This document shows, piece by piece, positions 8,773 through 25,809 of a stretch of DNA of 64,000 bases; positions within the stretch are counted from its first letter, which is position 1; the number at the start of each line of letters is the position of its first letter. The stretch is from NCBI RefSeq assembly GCF_988243305.1, contig NZ_OZ547136.1; one strand, given 5' to 3'. The notes under the pieces are model-generated. The model made no database searches. It was not told where the DNA came from and was given only the letters and a program-made list of their open reading frames with translations. The position numbers and the translations under genes were made by a program.

Positions 8773-9504
8773 AACTGTGTGGAGGGCAACACCACGCTTT
8801 ACGCCCTGCCGAAATCCGAGGTTGTCCTGCGCTGGCGTGAGCAGACCACAGATAATTTTCGCTTCTGTTTTAAGTTTCCGGCGACCATTTCGCATCAGGC
8901 AGCATTACGGCATTGCGATGATTTAGTAACTGAATTTTTGACTCGCATGTCACCGTTAGCGCCGCGCATTGGGCAATACTGGCTGCAACTGCCTGCCACA
9001 TTTGGCCCACGGGATCTGCCTGCGCTTTGGCATTTTCTCGACTCTCTTCCCGGCGAGTTTAATTATGGTGTGGAAGTTCGCCATCCACAGTTTTTCGCCA
9101 AAGGGGAAGAGGAACAAACACTTAATCGCGGTTTACATCAGCGCGGCGTTAATCGGGTGATTTTAGACAGCCGCCCGGTTCATGCAGCACGTCCACACAG
9201 TGAAGCTATTCGCGACGCTCAACGAAAAAAACCTAAGGTTCCGGTACATGCTGTACTGACGGCGACAAATCCGCTGATCCGTTTTATCGGTAGTGATGAT
9301 ATGACGCAAAACCGGGAATTATTTCAGGTCTGGTTACAAAAATTAGCGCAGTGGCATCAGACCACTACGCCTTATCTTTTTTTACATACGCCAGATATTG
9401 CCCAGGCCCCGGAACTGGTACATACCCTGTGGGAAGACTTACGTAAAACGCTTCCAGAGATCGGAGCAGTTCCGGCTATTCCACAGCAATCTTCTCTTTT
9501 CTGA
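8773..9504 (+). pseudogene. yecE: yecE (DUF72) 3' portion; 5' end displaced by prophage
   Basis: Translation matches YecE from about residue 30 onward (EGNTTLYALPK...) as I recall it; upstream sequence is phage. Confidence 0.7.
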
Positions 9505-9556
9505 ATTTGCCACCTATCATAGACAGGTGCCATCGGCCATTTTAAAGGGAGTTTGT

Positions 9557-11704
<2,148 letters not shown>

Positions 11705-11738
11705 AGATTAGCGCCCGTTTCCGGGCGCTTTTCACGTC

Positions 11739-14168
11739 TTATGCCTGAACAGCTGGCTGATCAAACGCCGTTAACTTCGGTGCATTGCCCGTATATTTTT
11801 CGATATACACCAGCGCAGAGTTACCGGCACAGGCATTTGCCAGCTGAGAGCTGGGGATATCCGCCGTTAACACGTTCGCACTGCCGTTTTTACACAAGCC
11901 ATTTTCCAGATCTGGCCATGCACCTTCATGCACGCATACCACGCCTTTTTTGATCCCGTCAGTCACCACCGCGCCTGTCAGAATCTGACCACGTCTGTTC
12001 CAGACACGCACCAGATCGCCATTCGCAATACCAAAGCGAGCAGCATCTTCGGTGTGAATAGTGATCGGTTCACGATCGGCAACCGCATATTTTTTACGCA
12101 GTTCCGCATAGTTAAGCTGACTGTGTAAACGGTGTGCCGGATGTGCGGTCAGAAGCTGCAACTGCTTCTCGTCGGCGGAACCTTTCCACTCATCAGGCGC
12201 AAGCCAGGTTGGGTGTGCCGGGCAATCCTTATAGCCAAATTTTTCCAGCGTTTTGGAGTAAATCTCAATTTTGCCGCTTGGCGTACCCAGCGCATTTTTC
12301 ACCGGATCGGCGCGGAAATCACCATAACGAACGTACTGTTCGTTCTTCTCGCTGCGGCGCATTTCGATCAGTTTATTTTGCTGCCAGAAAGCATTAAACA
12401 TCGGCATAGTCACGCGTTGCGCACGCGCACCTTTCTGAGCGGCATCATAGAAAAATTTCAGCCACGCCATTTCATCTCTACCTTCGGTATAGATCTCTTT
12501 TCCGCCAGGTTTGAGTAATTCAGCAAGATCGGCAAACACGTCAAAATCGTTACGCGCTTCAAATTGCGGAGCCACAGCCTGCTTCATCGGCACAATATGC
12601 TGGTTGCTGTAATCACCGGTCATCGTTAAGTCATTGCGCTCAAACGATGTGGTAATCGGTAATACGATATCTGCATGTTTAGCAGCTGCGGTCCAGTAGC
12701 ATTCAGAAACGACGATCATCTCCGGTTTCTGCCATGCTTTAATCAGACGATTAGTATCCTGGTGATGGGTAAAGTTACCGCCACCCGCCCACCAGATCAT
12801 TTTGATATTCGGATACGTTTGTTCTTTACCGTTATGCTGATATTTGCCGCCAGGATTTTCCAGCGCATCGACGATACGGGCAACAGGAATCGCCGTCATT
12901 CCGCCATCATCAGCGGCCTCACTGGCCTGTCCGGCAATCGCCGCAGACATTTCCGGCAGCACGCCGCCAACACGCGTCGGGTTGCCACCGTTTGAGTAAT
13001 GATAAGAGAAACCAAACCCGCCGCCCGGTGTACCAATCTGCCCTAACATCGCCGCCAGCGTCACCAGCATCCAGTGTTTCTGTTCACCATATTGCTGGCG
13101 CTGAATTCCCCAGCCAGCCATCAGCATTGTGCGATTCGCCGCCATCAGTTCAGCGAGTTTGATTATCTGCGCTTCCGGTACGCCAGAAATTTCCGCCGCC
13201 CAGGCCGCGCTCTTCGGCGTATTATCGCTCTTGCCTGCCAGATACTCTTCAAACTGCGGGTAGCCGGTGGTGTATTTTTCCAGGAAGGCCTTATCGTGCT
13301 TACCTTGTACCATCAAGGTGTGCGCAATCCCTAACATCAACGCCACGTCGGTGCCCATATTCGGCGCGATCCAGGTGGCATTATCGCCAAAGAATTCGAT
13401 AGTTTCGGAGCGGATAGGATCAATGGCAATCACTGGTTTGCCAGATTTTTTCAGCTGATGGAAGTATTCCAGCCCTTGCTCATCGGTACTGCTCCAGGCA
13501 ATTTTTAAGGTATTCAGCGGGTTCATCCCCCACAGCACCACAACCTGGCTGTTTTCCAGAATCAGCGGCCAGGAGGTCTGCTGTTCATACACCTCCACGG
13601 AACCCACCACATGCGGCATGATCACCTGTGCCGCACCGGTTGAATAATCGCCGCTATGCCCGGAATAACCGCCCGCAAGGTTCATATAACGTTGCAGTAA
13701 GGTTTGCGCTTTATGCAACACGCCAGAAGATCGCCAGCCGTAAGATCCGGCAAAAATGGCCGATGGTCCGTTAGCTTTACGAATACGATCGTGTTGCTCA
13801 TGAATCAGTTTTAATGCTTGTTCCCAGCTCACCTGTACATAGGTATCTTCGCCACGACCTTTCGCCGGTTGCAGTGGATTATCGAGATAGCTTTTTCTCA
13901 CCATCGGATGCTGAATACGCGCCGTGGTGTGTACCTGATCCGCCGCCGTAGACTGTAAGGAGTTCGGTATGGTTTTCGCCAACGCGCCTGTCGAAGAAAC
14001 AATCTTGCCATCCTTCACTTCTACGTTCATCGCTCCCCAACGGCCCGCGGTGAGGATTTTGCCACCCTTCTCTTCTGCCCATGCGGGTAGCGGTGCAGCC
14101 GATGTCACCACCAGCGCCCCAGCGGCAATACCGCTGTGTTTAATAAATTCACGTCTTGTTAATGTCAT
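11739..14168 (-). CDS. torZ: Molybdoenzyme TMAO/N-oxide reductase TorZ (BisZ)
   Basis: 809-aa protein with twin-arginine signal (TRREFIK); start at Met7 of longer ORF. Confidence 0.9.
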   Translation of the reverse strand: MTLTRREFIKHSGIAAGALVVTSAAPLPAWAEEKGGKILTAGRWGAMNVEVKDGKIVSSTGALAKTIPNSLQSTAADQVHTTARIQHPMVRKSYLDNPLQPAKGRGEDTYVQVSWEQALKLIHEQHDRIRKANGPSAIFAGSYGWRSSGVLHKAQTLLQRYMNLAGGYSGHSGDYSTGAAQVIMPHVVGSVEVYEQQTSWPLILENSQVVVLWGMNPLNTLKIAWSSTDEQGLEYFHQLKKSGKPVIAIDPIRSETIEFFGDNATWIAPNMGTDVALMLGIAHTLMVQGKHDKAFLEKYTTGYPQFEEYLAGKSDNTPKSAAWAAEISGVPEAQIIKLAELMAANRTMLMAGWGIQRQQYGEQKHWMLVTLAAMLGQIGTPGGGFGFSYHYSNGGNPTRVGGVLPEMSAAIAGQASEAADDGGMTAIPVARIVDALENPGGKYQHNGKEQTYPNIKMIWWAGGGNFTHHQDTNRLIKAWQKPEMIVVSECYWTAAAKHADIVLPITTSFERNDLTMTGDYSNQHIVPMKQAVAPQFEARNDFDVFADLAELLKPGGKEIYTEGRDEMAWLKFFYDAAQKGARAQRVTMPMFNAFWQQNKLIEMRRSEKNEQYVRYGDFRADPVKNALGTPSGKIEIYSKTLEKFGYKDCPAHPTWLAPDEWKGSADEKQLQLLTAHPAHRLHSQLNYAELRKKYAVADREPITIHTEDAARFGIANGDLVRVWNRRGQILTGAVVTDGIKKGVVCVHEGAWPDLENGLCKNGSANVLTADIPSSQLANACAGNSALVYIEKYTGNAPKLTAFDQPAVQA

Positions 14169-14192
14169 AACTTCCTCCCTGATCAACGAGGA

Positions 14193-15293
14193 TCACTGTT
14201 TTTCGGTAATATCTTTGGCGTTGTACTGGAAGTACCGCGTCAAAATGTCCAGTTCGTTTTCGCTCATGCTGGTTCGCGCACCCATTCCTTTGGCAATGGA
14301 CGGCCATGCATTGACGGTGTAATGGTCGGAGGCAATAGGGGCATGGCAACCAGCGCAATAGGTATCGTCAAGTTTTTCAGCGTATTGCCATAGCGGTTTA
14401 CGGTCCGCTAATGCGGGATCGGTAAGCACACCCTGTAAAGACGCCTGACGCCATTGATTGCCGTATTCGTCAGCCTGCCATTCCCCGTTTACCGTCAGCG
14501 CCTTGATACCTTCATCACTTAATGTGGCTAGCGCCAGACGTTGACCTGCCGCCAGGTAGAGCGTGCTTTCACTGCCCTGCATTTGATAACCCTGCAACAG
14601 AACGATCGGCTGTTTGCCACTGGCATCAACGACGGTGAGATCGGTACCAGGATTCACAGTGGCCAGTTCGCCTATGCGGGAAGGTTTGAAAGGATAAATA
14701 TGTGCGCCATTGGTAACTGAAGTAGCGGCCTGACTTTCCAGCTCATGCGCCGCGTTGTCATCCATTTTTATTTCTGGTGGAAAATGGGCAATGCCTTTAT
14801 GACAATCGATACAGGTTTCGCCGTCCTTTTGCACTTTGTTATGCATTTTCTGCGCAGATTCACTTTGCGAGGCAATATCCATGGCATCAAAAGAATGGCA
14901 ACTACGGCACGTTGCAGAGTCAGTGGCTTTTAATTCTTTCCATACTGTTTCGGCCATTTCCTGACGATGCGCTTCGAACTTATCGTCACTGTCTATTTTG
15001 CCGCTAACAAATTCATGATAAATATCTTTAGATGCTTTTAATTTAGCAAATAAATAATCCATCCCTGACTTTGGAATATGGCAATCGGCACATTCCGCAC
15101 GTATCCCTTTCTGGTTAGAAAAGTGGACAGTTCCCTGATATTCCTCAAAAGGTTTACTCATCGAGTGGCAGGAAAGGCAAAATGCGGTATCCGACGTTTT
15201 ATGTAAGGCTTTTTGCGCCAACAATAACCCGCCGCCACCAACCACAACCGCTATCAGCAAAAACATTAACCCAATGCGTTTTTTCCCTCGCAT
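14193..15293 (-). CDS. torY: Multiheme c-type cytochrome TorY
   Basis: 366 aa with several CxxCH motifs. Confidence 0.9.
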   Translation of the reverse strand: MRGKKRIGLMFLLIAVVVGGGGLLLAQKALHKTSDTAFCLSCHSMSKPFEEYQGTVHFSNQKGIRAECADCHIPKSGMDYLFAKLKASKDIYHEFVSGKIDSDDKFEAHRQEMAETVWKELKATDSATCRSCHSFDAMDIASQSESAQKMHNKVQKDGETCIDCHKGIAHFPPEIKMDDNAAHELESQAATSVTNGAHIYPFKPSRIGELATVNPGTDLTVVDASGKQPIVLLQGYQMQGSESTLYLAAGQRLALATLSDEGIKALTVNGEWQADEYGNQWRQASLQGVLTDPALADRKPLWQYAEKLDDTYCAGCHAPIASDHYTVNAWPSIAKGMGARTSMSENELDILTRYFQYNAKDITEKQ

Positions 15294-15595
15294 AGATTCC
15301 TCTAATTAATTCCAGAACACCGAAATCATTGTATAATTAAATATACAACGAATTGACTACTTGCTTAATTCGGCACAACACTGCCTGAAATAATCGATAA
15401 AGAATATGATTTATTACAATGTAATCATTAATTGCTAAGGAATAACCCAGTTGTTATTTAGAATATATATTTGTCAGTTTTAGTAATTTAAATTACATAA
15501 TTAATATGAATATATAAAAATTTTTAGCACAACGCTATGCGCACTGTCACGCGCTCAACTGATCACGGAAATCGTTCGTTTTTTATACTTCTCGG

Positions 15596-15632
15596 GGATA
15601 AAAAAAGGCCCCTGTTGAAATTGCAGGGGCCT
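15596..15632 (-). terminator. Rho-independent terminator downstream of cutC
   Basis: 9-bp stem AGGCCCCTG/CAGGGGCCT with T-run on the minus strand. Confidence 0.5.
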
Positions 15633-15678
15633 GGTACGAGCAAGCATCATATTGGGCGACATGATGCAACGGTAAAAA

Positions 15679-16434
<756 letters not shown>

Positions 16435-16438
16435 TTAA

Positions 16439-17005
16439 TTACGCCGACTGCTCGCTGGCAACGATCTTTTCAATGGACCACGGATGAAACTTAATAGTTG
16501 TTTTGCCATCGGTGACCGCCAGCGTCGGATTCGGTAATCGCTCATGCTCACCTTTTGGCGAACTGGTTTTCACTGAGATCCCCGGCAGGCTGAGTCCTTC
16601 ATCAGAAAGCAATGCCAGCGCACGGGCATTCAGCGTTTCTGGATCGCCCGGCAGAACGATTTCAATATGTTCCCAACCTTCGTGCGGGTAACGTTTTTCC
16701 CCGGGCCACGGTAGCTCCACAATGGAAAACTGCCAGTGCGCAACCTGTACCGGTTCATGCAATTTAAACAGACAAATCGGCCTGCCATTGATCATATTTT
16801 CTGACAAAAGCTCGCCGCACTGTTCAAACCCGCGACGCCAGCGTTCAGCGGTGACGTTTTGATGGCAACGCAAGGAAATGTGATCGGCAGTCAGCGGAGT
16901 GATATCCAACCCCAGACGGCGGGAAAGTTCATCTAATGCGTGGGTAAATCGCGGTAAATCCGATGCAATATCCTGCAGCTCGTCGATAGATTGCCAGTTC
17001 GCCAT
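16439..17005 (-). CDS. yecM: YecM
   Basis: 188-aa protein starting MANWQSIDELQ. Confidence 0.85.
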   Translation of the reverse strand: MANWQSIDELQDIASDLPRFTHALDELSRRLGLDITPLTADHISLRCHQNVTAERWRRGFEQCGELLSENMINGRPICLFKLHEPVQVAHWQFSIVELPWPGEKRYPHEGWEHIEIVLPGDPETLNARALALLSDEGLSLPGISVKTSSPKGEHERLPNPTLAVTDGKTTIKFHPWSIEKIVASEQSA

Positions 17006-17220
17006 AATCACTCTTCGTCTTTCAGTAAAAGCGTTAATTTACCCTGTTGCCCTGCGCCAACCAACCGCTGATTTCACGCCGCTTCTGATGCAATAGTGAA
17101 AACGGCAATACGCCACGCGCACGTTGCTGACGAAAACAGCCATTTGCAGTATACTCCCGCCCTAATTTCTTTAACTGGTGCGGGCAATTTTTGCTCGCTT
17201 CATCAATGTAAGGTATTCCG

Positions 17221-18954
17221 GTGAATATTCAGGCTCTTCTCTCAGTAAAAGTCCGTCAGGCCATGATTGCGGCAGGCGCGCCTGCGGATTGCGAACCGCA
17301 GGTTCGTCAGTCAGCAAAAGTTCAGTTCGGCGACTATCAGGCTAACGGCATGATGGCAGTTGCTAAAAAACTGGGTATGGCACCGCGACAATTAGCAGAG
17401 CAGGTGCTGACTCATCTGGATCTTAACGGTATCGCCAGCAAAGTTGAGATCGCCGGTCCAGGCTTTATCAACATTTTCCTTGATCCGGCATTCCTGGCTG
17501 ATCATGTTCAGCAGGCGCTGGCGTCCGATCGTCTCGGTGTTGCTACGCCAGAAAAACAGACCATTGTGGTTGACTACTCTGCGCCAAACGTGGCGAAAGA
17601 GATGCATGTCGGTCACCTGCGCTCTACCATTATTGGTGACGCAGCAGTTCGTACTCTGGAGTTCCTCGGTCACAAAGTGATTCGCGCAAACCACGTCGGC
17701 GACTGGGGTACTCAGTTCGGTATGCTGATTGCGTGGTTGGAAAAGCAGCAGCAAGAAAACGCCGGTGAAATGGAGCTGGCTGACCTTGAAGGTTTCTACC
17801 GCGATGCGAAAAAGCATTACGACGAAGATGAAGAGTTTGCCGAGCGTGCACGTAACTACGTAGTCAAACTGCAAAGCGGTGACGAATATTTCCGCGAGAT
17901 GTGGCGCAAACTGGTCGACATCACCATGACGCAGAACCAGATCACCTACGATCGTCTCAACGTGACGTTGACCCGCGATGACGTCATGGGTGAAAGTCTC
18001 TACAACCCAATGCTGCCGGGTATCGTGGCGGACCTGAAAGCAAAAGGTCTGGCAGTAGAAAGTGAAGGCGCGACCGTCGTATTCCTTGATGAGTTCAAAA
18101 ACAAGGAAGGCGAACCGATGGGCGTGATCATTCAGAAGAAAGATGGTGGCTATCTCTACACCACCACTGATATCGCCTGTGCGAAATATCGTTATGAAAC
18201 ACTGCATGCCGATCGCGTGCTGTATTACATCGACTCCCGTCAGCATCAACACCTGATGCAGGCATGGGCGATCGTCCGCAAAGCAGGCTATGTACCGGAA
18301 TCCGTACCGCTGGAACACCATATGTTCGGCATGATGCTGGGTAAAGACGGCAAACCGTTCAAAACCCGTGCTGGCGGTACGGTGAAACTGGCCGATCTGC
18401 TGGATGAAGCCCTGGAACGCGCACGCCGTCTGGTGGCAGAGAAAAACCCGGACATGCCAGCTGACGAGCTGGAAAAACTGGCTAACGCGGTTGGTATTGG
18501 TGCGGTGAAATATGCGGATCTCTCCAAAAACCGCACTACCGACTACATCTTCGACTGGGACAACATGCTGGCGTTTGAGGGTAATACCGCGCCATACATG
18601 CAGTATGCTTACACGCGTGTATTGTCCGTGTTCCGTAAAGCAGAAATTGACGAAGAGCAACTGGCTGCAGCTCCGGTTATCATCCGTGAAGATCGTGAAG
18701 CGCAACTGGCAGCTCGCCTGCTGCAGTTTGAAGAAACCCTCACCGTGGTTGCCCGTGAAGGCACGCCGCATGTGATGTGTGCTTACCTGTACGATCTGGC
18801 TGGTCTGTTCTCTGGCTTCTACGAGCACTGCCCGATCCTCAGCGCAGAAAACGAAGAAGTGCGTAACAGCCGTCTGAAACTGGCACAACTGACGGCGAAG
18901 ACGCTGAAACTGGGTCTGGATACGCTGGGTATTGAGACAGTAGAGCGTATGTAA
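17221..18954 (+). CDS. argS: Arginine--tRNA ligase
   Basis: 577-aa class I aaRS with HVGH and KMSK-like motifs; GTG start. Confidence 0.95.
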   Translation: MNIQALLSVKVRQAMIAAGAPADCEPQVRQSAKVQFGDYQANGMMAVAKKLGMAPRQLAEQVLTHLDLNGIASKVEIAGPGFINIFLDPAFLADHVQQALASDRLGVATPEKQTIVVDYSAPNVAKEMHVGHLRSTIIGDAAVRTLEFLGHKVIRANHVGDWGTQFGMLIAWLEKQQQENAGEMELADLEGFYRDAKKHYDEDEEFAERARNYVVKLQSGDEYFREMWRKLVDITMTQNQITYDRLNVTLTRDDVMGESLYNPMLPGIVADLKAKGLAVESEGATVVFLDEFKNKEGEPMGVIIQKKDGGYLYTTTDIACAKYRYETLHADRVLYYIDSRQHQHLMQAWAIVRKAGYVPESVPLEHHMFGMMLGKDGKPFKTRAGGTVKLADLLDEALERARRLVAEKNPDMPADELEKLANAVGIGAVKYADLSKNRTTDYIFDWDNMLAFEGNTAPYMQYAYTRVLSVFRKAEIDEEQLAAAPVIIREDREAQLAARLLQFEETLTVVAREGTPHVMCAYLYDLAGLFSGFYEHCPILSAENEEVRNSRLKLAQLTAKTLKLGLDTLGIETVERM

Positions 18955-18970
18955 TCGCGTTATACGGCAA

Positions 18971-19002
18971 AAGCCGATGTCATGGCAGACATCGGCTTTT
19001 TT
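18971..19002. terminator. Bidirectional terminator between argS and flhE
   Basis: Hairpin AAGCCGATGTC...GACATCGGCTT flanked by A-run and T-run. Confidence 0.55.
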
Positions 19003-19006
19003 ATCA

Positions 19007-19402
19007 TTAACGATAATTCACAATCACTTCATTCCGTTGTACCTTTAGCGGCGGAATTAATCGCCCACCGCCAGGCACTTCCCAGATAAATCGCAACGGT
19101 TCTATCGCCGGTATACCGGAAAAGGCCACGGTGGTTCCACTTTGCCCTTCTAATTCGACACAACGAGATTGCGAACACAAGCGAACCCGCAATCCTGCAG
19201 GTGTCGGACCGATAAGCTGATAACGCCACGCCACCAGCGTCATCAATCCTGAAGCAGGTTGTCGAGTAGAAAGAGGCGCTGATGACATCGACTCACCACG
19301 GTGATTCAGCGTAACGCCCACACTACTCGCCTGCCACATCCCCTCCCCGGCGGCTTGCACCAGCAGCGGAAACAATAATATTGCTAATAAGGTTCTCATC
19401 AT
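19007..19402 (-). CDS. flhE: Flagellar protein FlhE
   Basis: 131 aa with signal peptide; last gene of flhBAE. Confidence 0.85.
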   Translation of the reverse strand: MMRTLLAILLFPLLVQAAGEGMWQASSVGVTLNHRGESMSSAPLSTRQPASGLMTLVAWRYQLIGPTPAGLRVRLCSQSRCVELEGQSGTTVAFSGIPAIEPLRFIWEVPGGGRLIPPLKVQRNEVIVNYR

Positions 19403-21477
19403 TTACCGCCAATTGTCGCCGTCATGCGGATATGTCGGTTATCAGATAGTTCCAGATTCGACAGCACCACTAACTGCGGCAAGCTGCGGCGCAGGAAGCG
19501 AGACAATAATGGTCGCAGCGCGTGGTTCACCAATAAAACTGGCGGCGCACCCAACATCTCCTGACGGGATAGCGCTTCCTGAGTTTGCGCCAGTAAACGA
19601 TCCGCCAGCCCTGGCTCCAGTCCGCCCCCGCCCTGCAACGCCTGTAGCAACAAACGTTCCAGCGGTGTATCGAGGCCAATAACATGAACTTCATCTTTGC
19701 CAGGAAACCACTGCTGGGTAATCGCCCGTCCCAACGCCACGCGCACGACGGCGGTTAATTCATGTGGATCGCTTTGGATGGGCGCATGTTCCGCCAGCGT
19801 TTCGAGAATAGTGCGCATATCGCGAATCGGCACTTTTTCATCGAGCAGATTTTGCAGCACTTTATGCAGTGTGGTGAGCGTGACGACGCCAGGAACGAGA
19901 TCTTCCGTCAGCTTTGGCATCTCCTGGGCGACGCGATCCAGCAACTGTTGCGCCTCCTGACGACCAAACAGCTCTGCGGCATGCTGGCTAATGAGGTGGT
20001 TAAGATGCGTTGCCACCACCGTGCTGGCCTCAACCACGGTGTACCCCTGAATCTGCGCCTGTTCTTTAAGCGCACTTTCAATCCAGATAGCATTCAGGCC
20101 AAATGCCGGATCGACGGTCGCCTCACCAGGTAACGTCCCGGCAGCGGTACCAGGGTTAATCGCCAACCAACGCCCCGGATAAGCATCACCACTGCCTATC
20201 TCCACGCCTTTCATCAAAATGCGATAGCGGGCAGGTTGCAGATCCATATTGTCACGAATGTGCACCACCGGCGGCAGAAACCCCATCTCCTGGGCAAATT
20301 TCTTGCGGATACTGCGTATACGGCCCAACAACTCACCATCCTGCTGGAAATCGACCATCGGGATCAGTCGATAACCCACTTCCATTCCCAGAGAATCTTC
20401 CAGTTGTACATCGTTCCACGTCGCTTCGACAACGGTATTATTCTCTGCCATTTTTACCGGTTTTGGTTCGGCAGGCGCTTTTTGTTCGCGTCCACGGATC
20501 CACCAGGCCAGCCCCAGCAATCCGGCAGTGAACAGCAAAAATACCAGGTTCGGCATTCCAGGCACCAGGCCGAGTAAACCGAGCACGGCGGCGCTTAACA
20601 ACATAACGCTCGGGTTACTGAAAAGCTGATTCACCATCTGCTCGCCAACATCCTGATCGGTGCTGACACGCGTAACGATGACCCCCGCGGCGGTAGAAAT
20701 CACCAACGCCGGAATTTGTGCCACCAGACCGTCGCCAATGGTCAATAGCGTATAACTTTCCGCCGCGTGTCCCATGCTCATGCCATGTTGCAGCACGCCG
20801 ACCAGCAACCCGCCGACAACGTTAATGACCATGATGAGGATCCCGGCGATGGCATCGCCGCGGACAAACTTACTTGCCCCGTCCATTGAGCCGTAAAAAT
20901 CGGCTTCCTGAGTCACTTCGGAGCGGCGTTTTTTCGCCTCATCTTCACCAATCAATCCGGCGTTAAGGTCGGCGTCAATCGCCATCTGCTTACCCGGCAT
21001 ACCATCGAGAACAAAGCGCGCACCCACTTCTGCGATACGCCCGGCACCTTTGGTGATAACCATAAAGTTGATGATCACGAGAATGACAAACACCACGATA
21101 CCGATAGCGAAATTGCCACCAACGAGGAAGTGACCGAACGCTTCGACCACCTTTCCAGCCGCCGCCGCGCCGGTATGCCCTTCCATCAAAATGATACGGG
21201 TTGAAGCCACGTTAAGTGCCAGACGCAACAGCGTGGTAAACAACAGGATGGTCGGAAACGCAGCAAACTCAAGCGTGCGCTGGGTAAACATCGCCACCAG
21301 CAACACCATGATCGACAAGGCAATATTGAAGGTAAACAACAGGTCGAGTATGAATGCGGGCAGTGGCAGCACCATCATCGACAAGATCAACAGGATCAAA
21401 ATCGGTCCGGCAAGGATCTGCCATTGTGTCGATTTCAGGTTTGCGGGCAGGCGCAGCATCGCGGCCAGATTACTCAT
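19399..21477 (-). CDS. flhA: Flagellar export apparatus protein FlhA
   Basis: 692 aa from internal Met (MSNLAAMLRLP) of longer ORF. Confidence 0.95.
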   Translation of the reverse strand: MSNLAAMLRLPANLKSTQWQILAGPILILLILSMMVLPLPAFILDLLFTFNIALSIMVLLVAMFTQRTLEFAAFPTILLFTTLLRLALNVASTRIILMEGHTGAAAAGKVVEAFGHFLVGGNFAIGIVVFVILVIINFMVITKGAGRIAEVGARFVLDGMPGKQMAIDADLNAGLIGEDEAKKRRSEVTQEADFYGSMDGASKFVRGDAIAGILIMVINVVGGLLVGVLQHGMSMGHAAESYTLLTIGDGLVAQIPALVISTAAGVIVTRVSTDQDVGEQMVNQLFSNPSVMLLSAAVLGLLGLVPGMPNLVFLLFTAGLLGLAWWIRGREQKAPAEPKPVKMAENNTVVEATWNDVQLEDSLGMEVGYRLIPMVDFQQDGELLGRIRSIRKKFAQEMGFLPPVVHIRDNMDLQPARYRILMKGVEIGSGDAYPGRWLAINPGTAAGTLPGEATVDPAFGLNAIWIESALKEQAQIQGYTVVEASTVVATHLNHLISQHAAELFGRQEAQQLLDRVAQEMPKLTEDLVPGVVTLTTLHKVLQNLLDEKVPIRDMRTILETLAEHAPIQSDPHELTAVVRVALGRAITQQWFPGKDEVHVIGLDTPLERLLLQALQGGGGLEPGLADRLLAQTQEALSRQEMLGAPPVLLVNHALRPLLSRFLRRSLPQLVVLSNLELSDNRHIRMTATIGGK

Positions 21478-22618
21478 GGGTCGGTTTCTCGTTAATAAAA
21501 TCCAGGGCTTCCGGCACCGGAAGATGAGTAGGTTGTACAGGGCGCTGTCCACCAGCCAGACGCCAGCGTTTCAGTTGCCAGACCCAGGCCAGCACTTCCG
21601 CCACCGCGGCGTACAGTTGACCCGGGATTTGTTGACCGATCTCCGCATGTCGATACAGCGCACGCGCCAGCGGCGGCGCTTCAAGCGTCGGGACGTTATT
21701 TTCAGCGCCAATTTCACGAATGCGCAGCGCGACCAGCCCTGCACCTTTAGCGACCACTTTCGGTGCGCTCATTTTGTTTTCGTCATACTGCAACGCTACC
21801 GAATAGTGGGTCGGGTTATTGACAATGACATCCGCTTTCGGCACATCGGCCATCATCCGACGCCGTGCAGCCGCTCGCTGCATCTGACGTATCCGCCCTT
21901 TAACATGGGGGTCGCCTTCGCTTTGTTTGAACTCATCACGAATATCCTGCCGCGACATACGCAGCTTTTTCAGGTGGCTGAAGATTTGAAAAAAGACGTC
22001 AAATCCCACCATTGGAATGACACCAAGCACCACCAGCAGTGCGCATAGCCCTACCAGATCCATCGCATTACCCATGGCGGTAATCGGAGACTCTGCCATT
22101 AAGCGCATCATTTGCGGCCAGTGGTGCCAGAGATAAAACCCCGTCACACTGCCGACCAGGATGGTTTTCAAAATTGCTTTAAGCAACTCCGCGCCAGTCT
22201 GTGCCGAGAACATCCGTTTAATCCCCGGTAGCGGGTTGAGTTTGGAAAACTTCGGCTGCAAGGATTTGCCGCTAAATACCAGCCCTCCCAGCATGACCGG
22301 AGAAATGAGCGCCACCAGCACCACGCCGCTAATCAGTGGCAGCAGCGCCAGCATGGCTTCTCTGATCAGCAGAATAATCTGCCCGAGGATCAGATTCGGG
22401 TCATTGATGATGCTGTGATCAAAATGCAATCCCGCGGAGAGCATGCCCGACAATCGACGGGCCAGCGACACACCGCCAAACCAGATAACACACACGCCCA
22501 CTAACAAAATCAGCAGTGACGTTAATTCACGTGAACGCGGGATTTGCCCCTCTTCCCGCGCTTTTTCTAGTCGGTGAGGTGTGGGGGCTTCTGTTTTGTC
22601 GTCGCTCTCGTCAGACAC
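21470..22618 (-). CDS. flhB: Flagellar export apparatus protein FlhB
   Basis: 382 aa with NPTH autocleavage motif. Confidence 0.95.
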   Translation of the reverse strand: MSDESDDKTEAPTPHRLEKAREEGQIPRSRELTSLLILLVGVCVIWFGGVSLARRLSGMLSAGLHFDHSIINDPNLILGQIILLIREAMLALLPLISGVVLVALISPVMLGGLVFSGKSLQPKFSKLNPLPGIKRMFSAQTGAELLKAILKTILVGSVTGFYLWHHWPQMMRLMAESPITAMGNAMDLVGLCALLVVLGVIPMVGFDVFFQIFSHLKKLRMSRQDIRDEFKQSEGDPHVKGRIRQMQRAAARRRMMADVPKADVIVNNPTHYSVALQYDENKMSAPKVVAKGAGLVALRIREIGAENNVPTLEAPPLARALYRHAEIGQQIPGQLYAAVAEVLAWVWQLKRWRLAGGQRPVQPTHLPVPEALDFINEKPTHE

Positions 22619-22747
22619 GTCGCCAATCCTGGAAAGAGTATTAAGCGTAAATGATGCCAGAGCGCAAAGCGTTCAATGGTTTGAGTAAGGGGCAAAACAG
22701 GCGGGATTTAGGGCTTTTGCTGCCACACATCAAGCATAGTATGCGTT

Positions 22748-22785
22748 TGTCGGATGCGGCGTCATCGCGTTATCCGACCGCCTGA
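22748..22785. repeat. REP-like palindromic element
   Basis: GTCGGATGCGGCGTCATCGCGTTATCCGACC resembles REP consensus. Confidence 0.35.
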
Positions 22786-22819
22786 TATGACGTAGTCACG
22801 CCACATCAGGCAATACAAA

Positions 22820-23464
22820 TCAAAATCCAAGACTATCCAACAAATCGTCCACCTGATCCTGACTGGCTACCACACCGGCTTTGCTGGTATCGACCTGAGG
22901 TCCATTAAGCAAACTCTGGTTTTCACGTTTTGGACGCGACTCCTGTTCCGGGATGTTTTCCAACAGCACCATCAACAACTGGCGTTCGATCTCCTGAATG
23001 ACATCCATCATCCGCTTAATAACCTGTCCGGTGAGATCCTGAAAATCCTGCGCCATCATGATTTCCAGCAGTTGCGCGTTTGTAAAGCTGGTATGCGCGG
23101 GTACATCTGCCAGAAATTGCCGCGTGTCTGTTACCAGTTCACGGGCGTCGGCAAGATCAATCGGATCGGCAAACCAGTCATCCCAACGTTGGGTTAACGC
23201 TTTTGCTGATTTCTCCATTTGATCCTGATGCGGTTGTGACGCCTCAACACTGTTCAGCGCCCGCTCCGCAGCCTGGGCGGTCATCTGCACAACATAGTAC
23301 AAACGATCGCGCGCATCGGGGATGGCTTCCGCCGCTTCAGCAATGGCCTGATCCAGCCCCAGCTCCCGCAAACTGTCGCGCAGCATACGCGTCAGGCTGC
23401 CGATGCGCGCAATGATATCGCCAGCTGAATGCTCGTCAGCAGGTTTGATTGATGGTTGCATCAT
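22820..23464 (-). CDS. cheZ: Chemotaxis phosphatase CheZ
   Basis: 214 aa from [11 protein letters not shown]. Confidence 0.95.
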
Positions 23465-23474
23465 AGTCGCATCC

Positions 23475-24928
<1,454 letters not shown>

Positions 24929-24930
24929 CG

Positions 24931-25791
24931 TTAATCCTTACTTAGCGCATACACCGTCTGACCGCGCAGCGTGAAGCGGCGCTCAAGGTGGCTAAAGTTT
25001 TCAGAGTGACCCGCAAACAGCAATCCGTCGGGTTTAAGGAGCGGAACAAAGCGGCGCAAAATCTCCTGCTGGGTAGTTTGATCGAAGTAGATCATGACGT
25101 TACGACAGAAGATCGCATCAAACGGCCCCGGCACGGTGTACTGTTTCGCCAGTAAATTCAGCGGGGCAAAATCAACATAATTCGCCAGTTCCTGACGCAC
25201 GCGTACCAGCCCTTGATGCGGTCCCGTCCCTCGCATGAAGTACCGCTGCAGTTGCTGCGGCGTCAGATTTTTCAACTCTTCATGGCGATAAATACCGCTT
25301 CTGGCTTTTTCCAGCACCTCGGTGTCGATATCGCTGGCAAACACTTTCCAGCGTCCAGGCGCGGTGCCCAATGTGTCAGCCAGCGTCATCGCAATGCTGT
25401 ACGGCTCTTCGCCGGTCGAAGCCGCCGCGCTCCATACGCGATACTCGCCAGAACGACGCCGGGCGTGATCCGCGAGCAGAGGAAAATGATGCGCCTCACG
25501 GAAAAAAGCCGTCAGATTCGTGGTCAGCGAATTGATAAACGCCTGCCACTCACCGCTGTGCTGGTTAGATTCCAGCAAGTTCAAGTAATGGCCGAAATCC
25601 GTCAGTCCCAGCGAACGCAAGCGACGAACTAATCGGTTGTAAACCATGTCGCGTTTATGGTCAGCCAGAACGATCCCGGCTCGTTGATAGATCAATTGAC
25701 TTATCCGCCGAAAATGCGCGTCGGAAAGCGCCAGGCGCTCGGTCATCTGTAACAATAAAGACGTTTGCCCACAGGGCAGAGATGAAGTCAT
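24931..25791 (-). CDS. cheR: Chemotaxis methyltransferase CheR
   Basis: 286 aa. Confidence 0.95.
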   Translation of the reverse strand: MTSSLPCGQTSLLLQMTERLALSDAHFRRISQLIYQRAGIVLADHKRDMVYNRLVRRLRSLGLTDFGHYLNLLESNQHSGEWQAFINSLTTNLTAFFREAHHFPLLADHARRRSGEYRVWSAAASTGEEPYSIAMTLADTLGTAPGRWKVFASDIDTEVLEKARSGIYRHEELKNLTPQQLQRYFMRGTGPHQGLVRVRQELANYVDFAPLNLLAKQYTVPGPFDAIFCRNVMIYFDQTTQQEILRRFVPLLKPDGLLFAGHSENFSHLERRFTLRGQTVYALSKD

Positions 25792-25809
25792 AGCGCCTTC
25801 TCAATCACT

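Noticed and set aside
12132-12518. 128-aa + strand ORF
   Set aside because: Antisense within torZ.
17392-18888. 498-aa ORF on the minus strand
   Set aside because: Lies entirely antisense within argS, a conserved essential gene; likely a reading-frame artefact.
21191-22048. 285-aa + strand ORF
   Set aside because: Antisense to the flhA/flhB junction; no independent start signals.
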